This document shows positions 23,100 through 36,461 of a stretch of 64,000 bases of DNA, in pieces (position 1 is the first letter of the stretch; each line of letters opens with the position of its first letter). Location: assembly GCF_009914755.1 (NCBI RefSeq), contig NC_060934.1; one strand, written 5' to 3'. The stretch is from the human T2T-CHM13v2.0 reference genome, Homo sapiens. The translations under genes were made by a program, and so were the position numbers. The notes under the pieces are model-generated. The model made no database searches and had not been told where the DNA came from. It was given only the letters and a program-made list of their open reading frames with translations.

Positions 23100-23725
23100 C
23101 CCAAGGGTCCTCATCTGACTCAATGCCTCAGCAACGTTTTTTAGTCAATCGCTCCATCCTTTCCAAGCACTCTCATTGTGTTTCCACAGAACCACGGAAG
23201 ACCACAGGGGTCTGCCTGTCTTCATCTCCCTGGCTGGCTCCTTCTCTCCTTCCTGACTCGTTAATGTGGGGGACCAAGGGCTCAGCCCTCAGATCCCACC
23301 CTTCATGCACGTGTGCCACCTAGGCATTTGGGCCTGTGGCTTCGAACACCATCTATGCTACTGCTATCCCTAAATTTATCATTTCAGCCCCAGCCTTTCC
23401 ACATAGACCCAGTTCAGGTCACCATTCAAATATCCATTTGGAGTCTCAAACTCAGTATGAAGGTCACTCTAGGTGCAGTCCCCACATTGCAACACACACC
23501 TACTCAAAATATACTCCTCTCTATGCACATACTTTGCTTTCTTTTCTTCCCACAAACTGAAGTTGATTTTTTAAAATTTATTTACTTGTTCCTTGTCAGT
23601 CTTCTCTGCTAGATCATGAGCTCTACAAGGAAACAGGATTATATTTAATTTTGCCTTTGTAGTCCTAAGAACTATCCACTCCACTCAACCACTTGCTGGG
23701 TATTTAGTAACTGAATGAATAAAAT
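23100..23725 (+). mobile_element. L2 LINE 3' fragment
   Basis: 'tatccatttggagtctcaaactcagtatg', 'ctagatcatgagctctacaaggaaacaggat', ending 'tatttagtaactgaatgaata'. Confidence 0.65.
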
Positions 23726-26700
23726 AACACTGACTTTTGTAATGTGAATGTGATTCTCTTTCTAGTTCTCTTTAGATTCCCAAAGGCATGTCTGTAACAC
23801 TGCTCTAACACATGATAATTTCACTGTTTAACAAAGAGAGAACAGTTTCAATCTGAGAAACTTGGCAAAACAGTGTCCTGCTAGAATTTAATAAACTTGC
23901 TTTATTTTCATTGTATTTTAAAATATAGTTCCCTTCTACTTATGGCAAGTATTAATAGTTTCCTATTTATACTTGTGGTATAAAGTTTCCTTTTAAATTC
24001 TATTTATGTAGGCAGTATGAGTGGATCAATTTAAAGAAAATATTAAGTAAATTATAAACGGCTGGACATTGGCACTGGATGGCTGAGGGTAGGGAAACAC
24101 TGCATGGATCTTCAAGTGTCTGGGAGTGAAGGACCAGATATCTTGAGCCAGACAGGTTTTGGACTCAAATAGTAAGAGCCTAATTCATTTAACAAGGACC
24201 AGCTCATCTGCACTATTTCAAGTTAGAAAGCATATGGAGGTTGACCAACTGCCTCCCTTGCCAAACAGCTGTCCAAGCCTAGGTAGACATGTAAATATTT
24301 GAAGAGGCTTGGATGGGGGTTCGCCGCACTCAGAGGACATAGTTCACACAAGAAAGAGTTTCTCTTCACCCTCCCATCTCACCAGGTGCCCTGTGGGCAC
24401 ACATCTGGCCTCCAGGTGTCCCCCATGTGGGCAGACCCTGGACCTAGAGGGCTTGGTGGCTGGACTTGTCCCATGACATCCCCACCCCATTTCTCACATA
24501 GGGAGTCTGGCCAGGAGACTCTGACATAATCAAAGTCTAGCAGCAGAGAAGTTATCCTCGGAACCTGGCACCGCTGGGCCTCCCCAACCCACCACCTGGG
24601 CAGAGGGAGCTGACAAAGGCTGCAGTTCCCTGTCCTCACTCCTTACACATTCGTTCCAGATGCCCAGAGATCTGGAGCACACTGCCGTGATGAAACCCAG
24701 TTGCAAGAGTCAGCACCGGTCCCTCCGTCCATTTGCCTACAGCTCTGAAGGTACGGCTGGCTGTATGTGGCAAACAGAGCAGCCACGACCACAAACTGCC
24801 GGGACTTCACAATTGGCTTTGTAGTTTTGCTGAGGGACTGTCCAGGTTTGGAGAAGTCCTAGCCTATCACAGGTTATATTTCCCAGGCTTCTTTCATTAC
24901 ACAGGGCTCTGCAGCCAAAGAAGACCTCACATTTCTGAGTCATGAAATCCTGTCAGGACGGGTACATGACGTTCCAGTAAGGCTGAAGGAATCAACTCAA
25001 CATGCAAAGCACAGCCTCTCCCTGGAGCCAAGGAGCCAGGGGCAAACTGGGGCAGCACCTCTGTGGTTGGAGGGCAGAGGGCCTCACACAGAGGAGTCAG
25101 GGTGAGGGACAAAATTGGAGGCAGAGCGGTCCCCAGGGAGTGCACAATGAGGCGGATGCCACATGAGCAGGCCCAGAACAATTTTGGTGCCAAGGAACAG
25201 GCACCTCTTAAACAGGCCCCACCCTAGAGCAGAGCCCAGCAATGAAATACAACGAAAATAAAGCCTTTGGAGGTGCAGGTGCAGGACAAGCCACAAGAAG
25301 AGGAAAGAACACAGAAAGTGCTCCCAGCACCTGAGGTGCCATGTCTTCTAAACTCACTGGCAGTGCAGTGGCCCACCACCCTCAGAGAGAGCCACCTGCC
25401 CTTCCCAGGGATGGGCACCAGGCAGCTGGATCATCCCTCAGTATGTTTTATCTCCAGTCAGTGGGTAAGTCTGCCTATAGGCCTTGGCCTTGTTTTATGC
25501 CTCTTTGGGCTCACCACTTGTGCCTAATGCCAGATGCATATTGAGTCTTGGGTGATGAACCGGCAGGACTTAACTAGGGAAACCCCCTTGGGCCACTCCC
25601 TAAGCTACTGCAGGCTACAGAACTAGATATTCAAAGGGAGCAAATTGCTCTGCCCACACCCCTACTGGGGCTGGGTTGGACCGTTTGGTGACAGGTGGCG
25701 TAACCATCCTGCAGAGGCCTCCCCTGCTCTCCAGCAAATGTGGACTTTCCAGGTCCTCACTTCAGAGGGAAAGGATTACTTCTTTGACCTCATGGCTCTG
25801 CAGCATCCTCAAGTGGTGCAGCTGGAAAACCAGGGCCAGAGGCTGCAGAGGGGTGACAGATGTCACCACTTCGCTATGCTGGAGTCAGATGGCTGCAGAG
25901 GCCAACACCTCTCTGACCACCAGCCAACCCCCTGTGTCTGGGTTACTTTGCCTGGAGGGGGCCACATCGAGGTGCCCCAGGGACACGACCTGGGGCCCAG
26001 AATACATCTTGCTGCCTGAGATAGGGTTGCACAGGGCCACCTTGGGCACCAGAGAAGCTATGGACTGTAACACACAGGGCAAAGCATGGGCTACAGCCCT
26101 GGACTGTGTCCTGGGTGAAGTAACAGCTGCGGGCCCTTGCCCTCTTGCATGCCATTCTCACGCTCATAGTGGGGAGGACGACCCGGTCTCCTGAGTGGAC
26201 AGCACCTCATCTGGTGCCCAGTAGTGCCTGGCCCAGGTCCCCGGATCTGAGTGCTTGTGTGCAGGTCTCACCGGGGGCCATGAGCCCAACTGTGCTGCAG
26301 CCTCCACCCCTGAGATCGGCTATTCTTGCTGTGTTGGCAATCTTGGGTCTTTCCTGAACCCCAGCCAGGGCCCCGACCCCTGTCCTGCCCCTACCTGCCC
26401 CTCTCTCCAGGGATACTGTTTCCATCACCACCTGGTTACTGCTTCTTCTAGGCAGGCCACACCCACTCCAGAGGTGCAGGGCTCTGAGCCCTGCTGCACC
26501 TTAACTCCTTTCCCGCCTGGGCCCCTCCCCACCTTCCTCTCTGCGCTTTGGCACACTTTCTCCTGCTACACCTTGCAGCTCTCTTGCCGCTCACCTTCAG
26601 CTTGGTAACTTGCAGCGACAGTCAGGAATCACTGTTTTCACAGAGGTTTATGCATTTACATAACCTACAAGGGTGAAGCTTGGGCTCACTCACTCTCAAA

Positions 26701-26729
26701 GAGCATCTGCTGAGCTAGGTAGTTTCTGT

Positions 26730-27480
26730 AACTCAGATTTATTAAGGTATAATTTTACATACATAACATTTGTCCTTTTAGATGTACTCTTCTATGAATT
26801 ATGGCAAATATATATAGCCATGTAATCACCACCATAATCAAGATACAGAGTATTTCCACCTATTATATTTGGAATAATATTTCATCATCTATGTCCATAT
26901 AGAATATTTCCTGAACATGCCCCACTGTAGTCAAACCTCTCCCCTAACCTGAATCTCCCTGTTTCTATAGTATTGCCTTCCTCAGAATGTCATATAAATA
27001 GAATCAGACAGTGTGTTGTTTTTGTGACTGGCTTCTTTCACTTAGCATAATGCATGTGAGATCTGGCCGTGCTACTGTGTGGAATCAGTAGTCCTTTCCT
27101 TTTTATTGATAAATAGAATTTCATTGTATGATGTACCATGATTTGTTTATTCATTCATGGAATCTGCGTGGATTCCAGCTTTTGGTAATTATAAACGAAG
27201 CTGCTATAAACATTTGTGAGCATTTGTATGGAGTCATGTTTTGCATTCTCTTGGGTGACACCTAGGAGTGGGGTTGCTGGGTTGTATGGCTAGTGCGTGG
27301 CTCACTCTACAATGACCTTCCCACCACTGCCAGAGTGCTCACCATGGTGGCTGTGCTGTTTCCCCTTCCACCCACAGTGTGGGAGAGCGCCAACTGCTCC
27401 ACATCCTCACCAGCCGTTGGTATGGTCAGGATTCCTGTTTAGTCTTTCTGACATGTCTATTGTGTGTGCTGGGTATTTTA
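26730..27480 (-). mobile_element. Old L1 (L1MB8/L1ME-like) 3' end
   Basis: 'tttattaaggtataattttacatac...catgtaatcaccaccataatcaagatacagagtatttcca', 'ctggcttctttcacttagcataatg'. Confidence 0.8.
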
Positions 27481-27701
27481 GTCTTTTAATGTATTCATTC
27501 TATAGTTGGGTCTCAATTCTGTTAATTTTATGAGAAAATGGAAACCTCCCAATATATACACCCCAAGAAACAAAGTGACAATTATCAGTGTATTCCAAAG
27601 TGGCCGTTTGACAGGATGGGTGCTTTCGCAATTGCGTTTTGTGTCAGTGGAAGCTCGTGGCTAAGGAACAGAGGCTTGGTCGTTAGATGGACCCAGATGG
27701 A

Positions 27702-27925
27702 ACTCCATGCAAAGACCTGCTCACAAATGTTTATGGCAGCTTTGTTCATAATTTCCAAACACTGGAACCCACATGGATGTCCATGAGTAAATAAGCAAAT
27801 TATGGTACATCAAACAATAAAATGCTACTCATCAATAAAAAGAAAATAACTACTGATCCATACAGCAGTATGGCTGAATCTCAAATGCATTATGCTGAGT
27901 GAAAGAATCCAGTCACAAAGACTGC
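27702..27925 (+). mobile_element. Old L1 fragment, inverted copy of 27021-27234
   Basis: 'aatgtttatggcagctttgttcataatttccaaacactggaa...gcattatgctgagtgaaagaatccagtcacaaa'. Confidence 0.8.
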
Positions 27926-30399
27926 CTGCCGTATCTTCTCTGTCTCTTCTCATGGGCTGTGTGGGACCTTGGAGCAGTTATGCAGCCTTTGCATGGCACC
28001 TTCCCTGTCCATCCAATGTGGAGAACTATCTTGACCTCAAAAGTAGACATGCAATTGGGAGTTGACCCTGATGGGTGCCACCCTGACTGTCTTTGCAGTG
28101 GTAATAGCGGTGTCACCTTGAGGCTGCCGTGTGGACTAATGTGACCATGGGCAGAAAGGTGACCCTAAGGTGCAAAGTTCTGAACAAACATACATGATGG
28201 CTGGGGCTGGGAAGCAGGCAGGAGACAGTCATGAGAGCAGGAGGAGATGGGACCCGAGAGAAGGGAGGCGTTTAGAGCAACCATGTGCTAGGAACTGCCT
28301 GGGAGTGAATGAACCACAGAGAAGCGGCAGTGTCCGCAAGCGTGCACCATGCAACATGTCTAAAGGCAGAGGCAAGGATGGCTGCAGAGGTGAAGCAGAA
28401 AGGTCCTTTTCACTCAGCAGCCTTGCAGAGCTTCATTGAGCAGAGCTCAAGGGGATGTGTCCCCCTCATCTGGCCACTTTGTTGCTGGCCCTTTGCTTTG
28501 TCACCATGTGGCACTCTCTCTTTCTGTCTCACACCTGCCCCCTTCTTTCTCTCTTTCTCATCTGAACTCTAAAGTGCATATACACCCCACTCACCTGAGC
28601 AGGGTGCCCAAGTGAAGGGGGTGGTTTGCTAGAACCCTTGCCCACACTAGATGCTGCATCCATTCCTCCACGTTTGTACGTATTGCAGGGATACCTGGTT
28701 TGAACTGCTGACCTCATATCTTTACCGTGACCTCGGTGGGCCAGAGATGCAGGCAGCTGGCCATGAAGACGCACTTCCCCGAGGAAGAGGAGACAGGCTC
28801 ACCCGCTGCAGGGCAGTCCCACAGCCTGCCTGCAATGGAGCCTTCAAGAATACAAACACTTCTAGAACAAGTTATCAGGAACATGGCATGGTTGGGCCTT
28901 CTCTGAACGGGCCCCAGGTGAAGTGGGCCTGGTCAGACACCATCTGGCCAGACATCACCTCTTCTGAGAGCCTTGGCCTCTGAGAGAGGCCTTGAGCTGA
29001 GGCAGGAGGGCCAGTGTGTGGGGCCACAGCAAGGGGACCCCCTGTGTGGCCACTATAGAGGGAAACCACGATGGATCACTGGCTTCTCCTTCATCTTCTA
29101 AATGCATGTCTTCTGAACACCTACTGTGTGTCAGGTGCTCTGACAGAAAGATGATCTCTATCCTCAGGGTAAGCCATCTGATAAGGGAGAAACATCTGCC
29201 AACACCCTCAGCCACAGCGTCACTGGGCTCAAGGGCCACAAAGGAGGCAAAAGCCTGCAGGGAAGTGAGGCAGGGGTGGCGTCTCCTCCTCAGAGGACCA
29301 GGCAAGGGTTTCACAGTGGCAAGGCAGAAGTTGGGGGGTGGGGAAGAGGAGGTAGGGTGGAGGTGGGGAGAGAAGAGGGACTAGCCCCTGAGGTGAGGTT
29401 CTCACTGGGAGACTGGATGATGGCTCGGCCACTGCCATCCTGAGCTTCTGCTGGTACCTGAGGCCCCACCTTCCTACCAGGATATGGTGAGGGCGAGTTT
29501 GCACAGGGCTGCAGTGGAATTACCTCAAGACCTTCTGGGACAATCGAGTAAGAAGGGAAAGGGAAGAGAAAGAAGAGAGGAAGAGGAGAAGGAGAAGGAA
29601 GTGGGAAAGGTGCAAATAATTTATTTCCTATCACACCCTGAAAATTATTGCAATCTACTTGAAATGTTTGATGCCACATGCACACAAAGAAACCATTGTC
29701 TAGATGCTTGACCTTCCGGTCTGTGACCCAGTCTTTGACAACTCAGTCTTGAGACCAGGCATCATCTTGCCAGACACAAAACTTCTGCTTCAGGTCAATT
29801 TCTCTCTGAGACTGGGAGCTGCATAAGGGCAGAGCCTCGGTCCACCTCGCACTCCATCGTGGTGTCCTCAGAACCTCACAGGTGCTCAGCCACTCAAAAA
29901 TATTTGCTGAATGAATAGAATAAAACTAAAAGTTAAGGGAGAAAAAAACCCTGAAGATACTGAGTTTCCACTAATAATTTAAGACAAGATGATGTAGCAG
30001 GAACACAATCAATGAATGCTAAATGAATGGATACTTGGCCTAAAGGGAAATGCTGTGGGGTGAAGGTAAGGCTGGGATGCTAGGTAGGGGGGCATGGTAT
30101 TCTCTGTTCTCTAGGGAAGATGCTCAGAACATTCCTTTATCAGGGCATCCCAGCTCTCCAACACAGCACAGAAATTCCACAGCACAGATGTCCTGCATGA
30201 TATTCCAGTTTCCAGGGGCCATCTCCTGACCCACCCACTGTTGTGTGTGTGATGGGTTGGTTTTACACCAAGGATCATGTTCTTTATCGGAGAGATAAGG
30301 CTGTAGTCTAGGGGATGGTGACAGCCATTCCCCAGGGCTAACCTTACCCCACATACTAACTTCTCCCATCTTGTTGTCCTGGATGGAAGAAATATCCTC

Positions 30400-30759
30400 T
30401 GTCATAAAGAATTATTCTGACACTTGTTAAAAATTGCAAGACTTTATTTGGGATTATTGCAGCAGGGGAGAGAGATTGAACTCAACTTGGAATATACCAG
30501 GGGCAAGCAGGAATTTACAGAAAGCAGGGAGAAGGGGTGGAGGGAAAATTACTGGGAGGAGTTTGGGTAGGAATCAGGGGTGGAGGAAGAGGAGTTTGAT
30601 CAGCTATCAAGGATAGGAAGATTTTCATCAACTGAGTTAGTAGGATTCTTTGCTAAAACTGGGCTTAGCCTGCTAAGGACAGACCAAGGCCAAGATCTAG
30701 GTGGAAAGAGGGTTCAGAGGAGCCTGGTTAAAATTTTATCAAGGAGACAGTCTTTGCCA
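30400..30759 (-). mobile_element. ERV1 solo LTR, MER31/MER67-like
   Basis: Reverse strand starts tggcaaagactgtctccttgataaaattttaaccaggctcctctgaaccctc and ends aataaagtc...ttaacaagtgtcagaataattctttatgaca. Confidence 0.75.
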
Positions 30760-31489
30760 CCCTTGACGAGAGAAAGGCTTGCCTGAGGCACAGGTTTGCG
30801 TGGGCACGGAAGGGAAAGAATGATTTGAGTGAAGCACTGTGGAGTGCCTCAGAGGGTTCTCAGGCTCCCAGGGAGATAAGCCAGGACTGTGGGTTAGGGG
30901 AAAGATCTAGAAGAGGTGGCAGGAAAAAGCTGGGCCCCAGGGATCCTGGCGTGTAGCCCAACACAGACATTTTCCCGGTGAATAGAGGATATACCTACAG
31001 CACTCCAGCTGTGAGACCCCAGTGAGCTGCAGGCACTGCCACTCAGAGGGAGGAGCAACAACAGGCAGGGGCCGTAGCCTGGGGCAGGGCAGCAGCTCTG
31101 AGCCTGCAGAGGTGGCATCAGCAGCCAGAGGCAGATGTGCTTGGGAACCTCAAGGTGGAGAAGGAGGGCTGCCACCGACCACCAGCAGACACCCTGGGGG
31201 GCCGATGAGTCAGTGGAGGTATCTGGGGGGACAGTGGTGGCCCCTCGGGAGTTCTGTGAGCTGGGCTAGAGCCAGAGAGTACGGAGCTAAAGCTGTTGGG
31301 TCCCATTCTTGGGTCACAGCCCCCAGGTGGGCTTGGACTTCTGGAGCTTGGCCTGCATCCCTGAAGTCCTGGAGAGTAATAACAGACAGTCAGGTCGGAG
31401 GCCGAGGCCTGGCTCAGTGTTCATGATTAAGGACAGAGTGCATTACTTTCCCCGGACTTACCATCCTATGGCATCAGCGTGGATGAATG

Positions 31490-31870
31490 CTTTACTTTAA
31501 AAACCTGTTTGAAAAAGGCAAGTCTTCATGCCATTTCTGCCCAGGTGTTCCATTTTTGGGAACTTTGCCAAAGTAAATAATATTAAACAGAAAACAAGCT
31601 TTATGCACGAAGATGTTTATTGCAGTGGTACTTATATGAGCACAGAACTGCAAACAATACAAATGTCCCACCACAGGGAACGATGATTAAGTTCTTTCAT
31701 AACCCACTCGAAGTATTTACTCAACCATTAAAAGTGATTCTTACACATTCTATAGCAACAAGGAGAAATGTTTAAAATGAGCAAAAAAGTGGGAAACATA
31801 ACTGCATATATACTATGTCTGTGTACAAGTAAATAAAAATTCAAGTATTTCTGCATACAAGAAAATAAAA
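31490..31870 (+). mobile_element. Ancient L1ME/L1MC fragment
   Basis: 'atgcacgaagatgtttattgcagtggtacttatatgagcacagaactgcaaacaatacaaatgtcccaccacagggaa'. Confidence 0.6.
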
Positions 31871-32069
31871 TTGAAGAACTTCAGAGTTCCAATAGATTTA
31901 AACGTTCCTCTGTTAACCAGGAAACCTGTCTGTCCCGCACCTCCTAACTCCAGATCATACTCTACAAGGCAGCACCCCTGCATGGCTCAGGTCAGTACAC
32001 ATGTCATTGAGGCATCTGGCCAGTAAGGATACTTGCTTGCACCAAGTGACCCTGACAGGCTCCACTGGT

Positions 32070-32420
32070 CAATATGAGTTAGGTTAGTGCAGTAACAACT
32101 AACCAAGAAATGTCAGTGGCTCCAAACAGCGCGGGTCTGTTCCTCACTCAGGTTACATGTCCAGAGTGGCTCAACTGGGCACTCTGCTCCTCACTGTCTT
32201 CACTCAGAATGCAAGCTGCTGGGCCTGGAGGTTTGTGGGTCCCCCTTGCAGATTGTAGAGGGGCAAGAGATGTAAAGTGGCTCCCATCCATAATTAAATG
32301 CTCCATCCTGGAGGCAGCTCACATCACTCCCACTCACACCCCACTGGTCAAAATCAGTCACATGGCCTTCCCCACTGAGGAGGCTGGCCTGCTCTGTGCT
32401 GGGAAGGAGAGAGGGACTGG
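32070..32420 (-). mobile_element. Old MaLR LTR (MLT1K/L-like)
   Basis: 'gttaggttagtgcagtaacaactaaccaagaaatgtcagtggct' and 'ccactggtcaaaatcagtcacatggcc'. Confidence 0.55.
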
Positions 32421-33017
32421 CTACCTCAGGGCACAAGGGCCCCGAGGGCTACATTGGCCACAAGGGCCTGCTGTGAGCTGAGTGCTGCCAGGAGATCCCT
32501 TGGGAAAGTTTCCTGGTGTCTATGGCTCGGTGTCACCCTTCAATGCCCTGACCATGGCCTAAGAAAGGCAACACTATACATGAGGTCCCAGATGCACCTT
32601 GAAACCACAGCAAATGACTCAACTGCCATCCTTATTTTCCGTTTTCCAGGTTCAAAATGGAGATATTTACCTTCTACAAAATTATTGCTTCTGGGGCACT
32701 TTACAGAGTGGGAAACATGTTCACACCCAGGCGGCCCAAGGGCCATGCCTGCTGCTGAGCTACACGGTGCCACGTCCAGAGAGCCTCTCCATCTAGGCTT
32801 GCTCTCCCCCCAGAGCTAGCTGCCTTGTCTGCAGGGACCAGCTATTCCCCAGAAAGAAAAATAAAGTTCTAATCAGAAGTAGTGAGGATTAATTTACTAA
32901 GCTTTATTTCATTCTTGGCACTATTAGGACGACAAAGTTTACAAATAAATGAATGAGTAAAGCAGAAGCAAGATGAAAGCATTTGTAACAAAAGCACTGT
33001 GTCTGTGACAGCTGAGG

Positions 33018-33140
33018 AGTCTGTCTCTGAGTCTCTCTCTCTTTCTCTCTCTCTTTCTCTGTCTCTCTTTCTGTGTGTGTCTTTTTCTTTCTTTGTTTCT
33101 CTCTGTGTCCATCTGTCTCTCTCTCCGTCTCCCTCTCTCA
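33018..33140 (+). repeat. Degenerate (CT)n-rich microsatellite
   Basis: Seen directly. Confidence 0.85.
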
Positions 33141-33329
33141 TTGGTCCCACCTCTGTCCCACAACCATGATAGTAACGGATTTATTTTTGCTTCAATGTTA
33201 TGTTGTCAGCATGATGATTAACTTTTCCTATCAAACATGCTTGAACTGAGATATATCCCTGCCCACTGTCATGCCAGGCTGAGCTCTGAGAGATTTATCA
33301 GGAGGAGGAACCTGGGGGTGGAGAGGGCC

Positions 33330-33921
33330 ATGTTAGTTTTGGATAGCTACGAAGCTTAGTGGATTAAAACAATGCAAACCTGTCATCTCAGTTTCCAGGG
33401 TCCAAGATTCCAGGTGCAGTGGGGTGAGGTCCTCTGGCCAGGGTTACCCTGGACTGAAATCATGGTGGGAGCTGGCTGGCTCATTTGAATGGTTGGCAGA
33501 ATCCAGCACCTTGTGGTAGTAGCACTGAGGTACCTGCTTCCTTGAGGACTGTCAACCAGAGGCCACACTCAGCTGCTAGAGACCCGGAAGGCAGTCCCTG
33601 GCCCTGTGGTGCCCTCCAGGGGTGTGGCTGCTTGCTTTCTCCCAGACCAACAGGAAAGCTTTGGAGGTGTTCCCGTTAAGGTCTCACCTAATAAAGTCAG
33701 GCCCACTTAGGATAATCTCCCTTTTTATTAAATCAAAGCCAAATGATCAAGGACTTCAATTCTAGCTGCCCAGGCCCCTTTGTCAGGTACAGTAACCTGA
33801 TGACAAGGGTGATTCCGCAGCGTATTCACGGGTCCTGCCCATAGCCCAGCGAAAGAAATTAAATGGGTGTTGACACGCAGGGGCAGGAATCTTGGGGCCA
33901 TTTTAGAATCTGCCCACCACA
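33330..33921 (-). mobile_element. MLT1E-like MaLR LTR
   Basis: 'gtcaggcccacttaggataatctccctt' and terminal 'ggggcaggaatcttggggccattttagaatctgcccaccaca'. Confidence 0.75.
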
Positions 33922-34924
33922 GGTGTCCCCTCTTCCAAGGTCAATGGATTCACAGTTAGAGGAAGCCTCCAGACCACACACACTAAGCTGTCCTGGGCAG
34001 CTGCAAAGAACCATGTTTTCAAGGAGAGTTCTTTCTTGCCGGGAGGGCTTGGTCAGGAGAGGGGCCTTCTGCAGTTCCCAAGGCAGAGGGCTGGAGCAGA
34101 GAGGAGATGGATTTCTCATTTGCAGGCGCTGTACCTCCTTCCCTGTGCATCTTCCTAAGGAAGTGCAGGGGCGGGGGAGCAGGGCAGCCTGTGGGAGGGC
34201 AGGGCTGGGAGATTAGGGCAATGCCACACACAGAGGGGCAGCAGACCTCAGACCCCTGGGGCAGCCACACTAATATTTTCTTCTCCCCAGTCAGGGGAAA
34301 CAGAGGGCAGGAGGCCCTGGAAATGATAGCATATGTGTGTGGGGCCTTGGCACACAGCGTGAGGGGTGTCAGAGAACTCTCCCCACTTTGGATACAGATG
34401 CCCTGGCCTTGGTCCAGGGGCCATCACTTGGAGGCATGCCCCACTCAACTCCCTGTCAGCAGGGCTTCCGAACAGGGACCACGGCCCAGTGGTCAGAATT
34501 CAGGTCTCTGTGAGGCTGAAACCCATGTGGGACCTGAAAGTCAATACTGAGTCTCAGTGACTGTCCTGGGGCTGGAGCTGGGAACTTGGGTTCTCTCTCA
34601 CTGTTGGCCTCGGGCAGGTCACTGAGCCTGGCTGAGCCTCAGTTTCCACCTCAGAATATGGGGGTAGGTGCAGGATGGAGAGAGACCTTTATGAGAGCAA
34701 GTTTTCTGATGGCCACATATAGTTGATGTGTTCCACATGCCTTTTGCTCCCGGAGACCACACTGCAGATCTGTGTGGCAGTGACCTGCTCCGCTCCGCTG
34801 GGGAGAAGTCGAGTCTGCCTGAACTGGTTTGAAAGATCGATCTCTCCTCTGCCTGCCTGTGTCTGCCATCTCTTGCATACAATTAGGACAGCCTTTACCA
34901 AACAGAGTCAAGGAAACCAAAAGT

Positions 34925-35098
34925 GACTCTCCTTCCACCCCACCATGAGTGGAAGCTCCCTAAGGTCTTTATCAGAAGGAGATGTTGGTGCCACACTTCC
35001 TGTACAGCCTGCCGAACCATGATCCAAATAAACCTCTTTTCTTTGTAAGTTACCCAGCCTCAACTATTCCTTTATAGCAATGCAAATGGACTAAGACA
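34925..35098 (+). mobile_element. MSTB-like MaLR LTR 3' fragment
   Basis: 'cttcctgtacagcctgccgaaccatgatccaaataaacctcttttcttt...tatagcaatgcaaatggactaagaca'. Confidence 0.8.
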
Positions 35099-35241
35099 GT
35101 GACCTTGGATAAACCAGGGCCGTACTCTGAGCCTCAGTTTCCCCATTTCAAAATGAGGAATTTGGGCTGGTCCTACAATATCCACTACGTAGCCTAAGGT
35201 CTAGGGATAAGCCCACTTGATTCTGGGACAGCCTGCTGTGA

Positions 35242-35534
<293 letters not shown>

Positions 35535-36072
35535 CCTTTTTAAACTAAGTTGTCTAGCACCAGCACTTAGTGGGCCCCAATATCTCCCTTACTAAAACTA
35601 GGCTGAATAATGAGAAAGTCTCTGGGGAAGCCCCTCAGGTTGGGTAAGGATGGAGGGTCAGCAAGAGCAGACGGCGTATGACAGAGTTCATCACTGAAGA
35701 CAACCTCCCGAGGCAAGCAGGGGTCTCTGCCTGAGGCTTCCCGGGGCTCCCCACCCACTACTGGACACTTCCGCCTGTGCTGCAGCCCATCTCCCTGTCA
35801 TCTGCATGGAGTTTCTGGGGGTTTCTGGGGCCTGTGCAGGGGACCCAGTAGAATGCTCACCTTGGGGCTGTGGGGCAGACACAGCTGGGCTCTGATGCAA
35901 ATTGTGTGAACCAGAAATCCCAGCCCTGGCTTCCCGGCCTGGCATTGCTGCTGTGGGACCTGGGGACCACCACCTGTCTTTCCAAAGTCAGTTTCCTCAT
36001 CTGCAAAATGGAGCCAATGAAACCAGTTTCTCCTGGGTAGACTGAGAATGAACTAATCCAAAATGGACTGGG

Positions 36073-36461
36073 TGTTATGGGCTAAATTGTGACCTTCCCC
36101 CCAAACAAATTCATACATTGAAGTCCTTAACTCCAGTGCCTCAGAATGTGGCTGTATGTGGAGATAAGGCTTTTAAAGAGGTGACTAGGTTAAGATGAGG
36201 TCAGTAGGGTGAGTCCGAATCCAATATGACTGATGTCCTTATAAGAAGTGATTAGGGCACAGATGGACACAGCAGTAAGACCGTGTGAAGGCACAGGGAG
36301 AAGGCGACATCTCCAAGCCAAGGAGAGAGGCTTCAGGACAAATCTACCCCGCCGACACCTTGATCGCAGGCTCCAGGGCTCTAGAATTGTGAGAAAATAA
36401 ATGTCTATGGTTTAAGGACGGTCTGTGGTGTTTTGTACGGCGGCGCTTGCACACTAATAGA
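36073..36461 (+). mobile_element. MLT1B solo LTR
   Basis: tgttatgggctaaattgtg...cctcagaatgtggctgtatgtggagataaggc...ctaataga; flanks share tggg. Confidence 0.85.

Noticed and set aside
25645-26608. Cluster of overlapping 70-172 aa ORFs
   Set aside because: Overlapping on both strands, no homology I recognise, no consistent exon boundaries; typical of GC-rich non-coding DNA.
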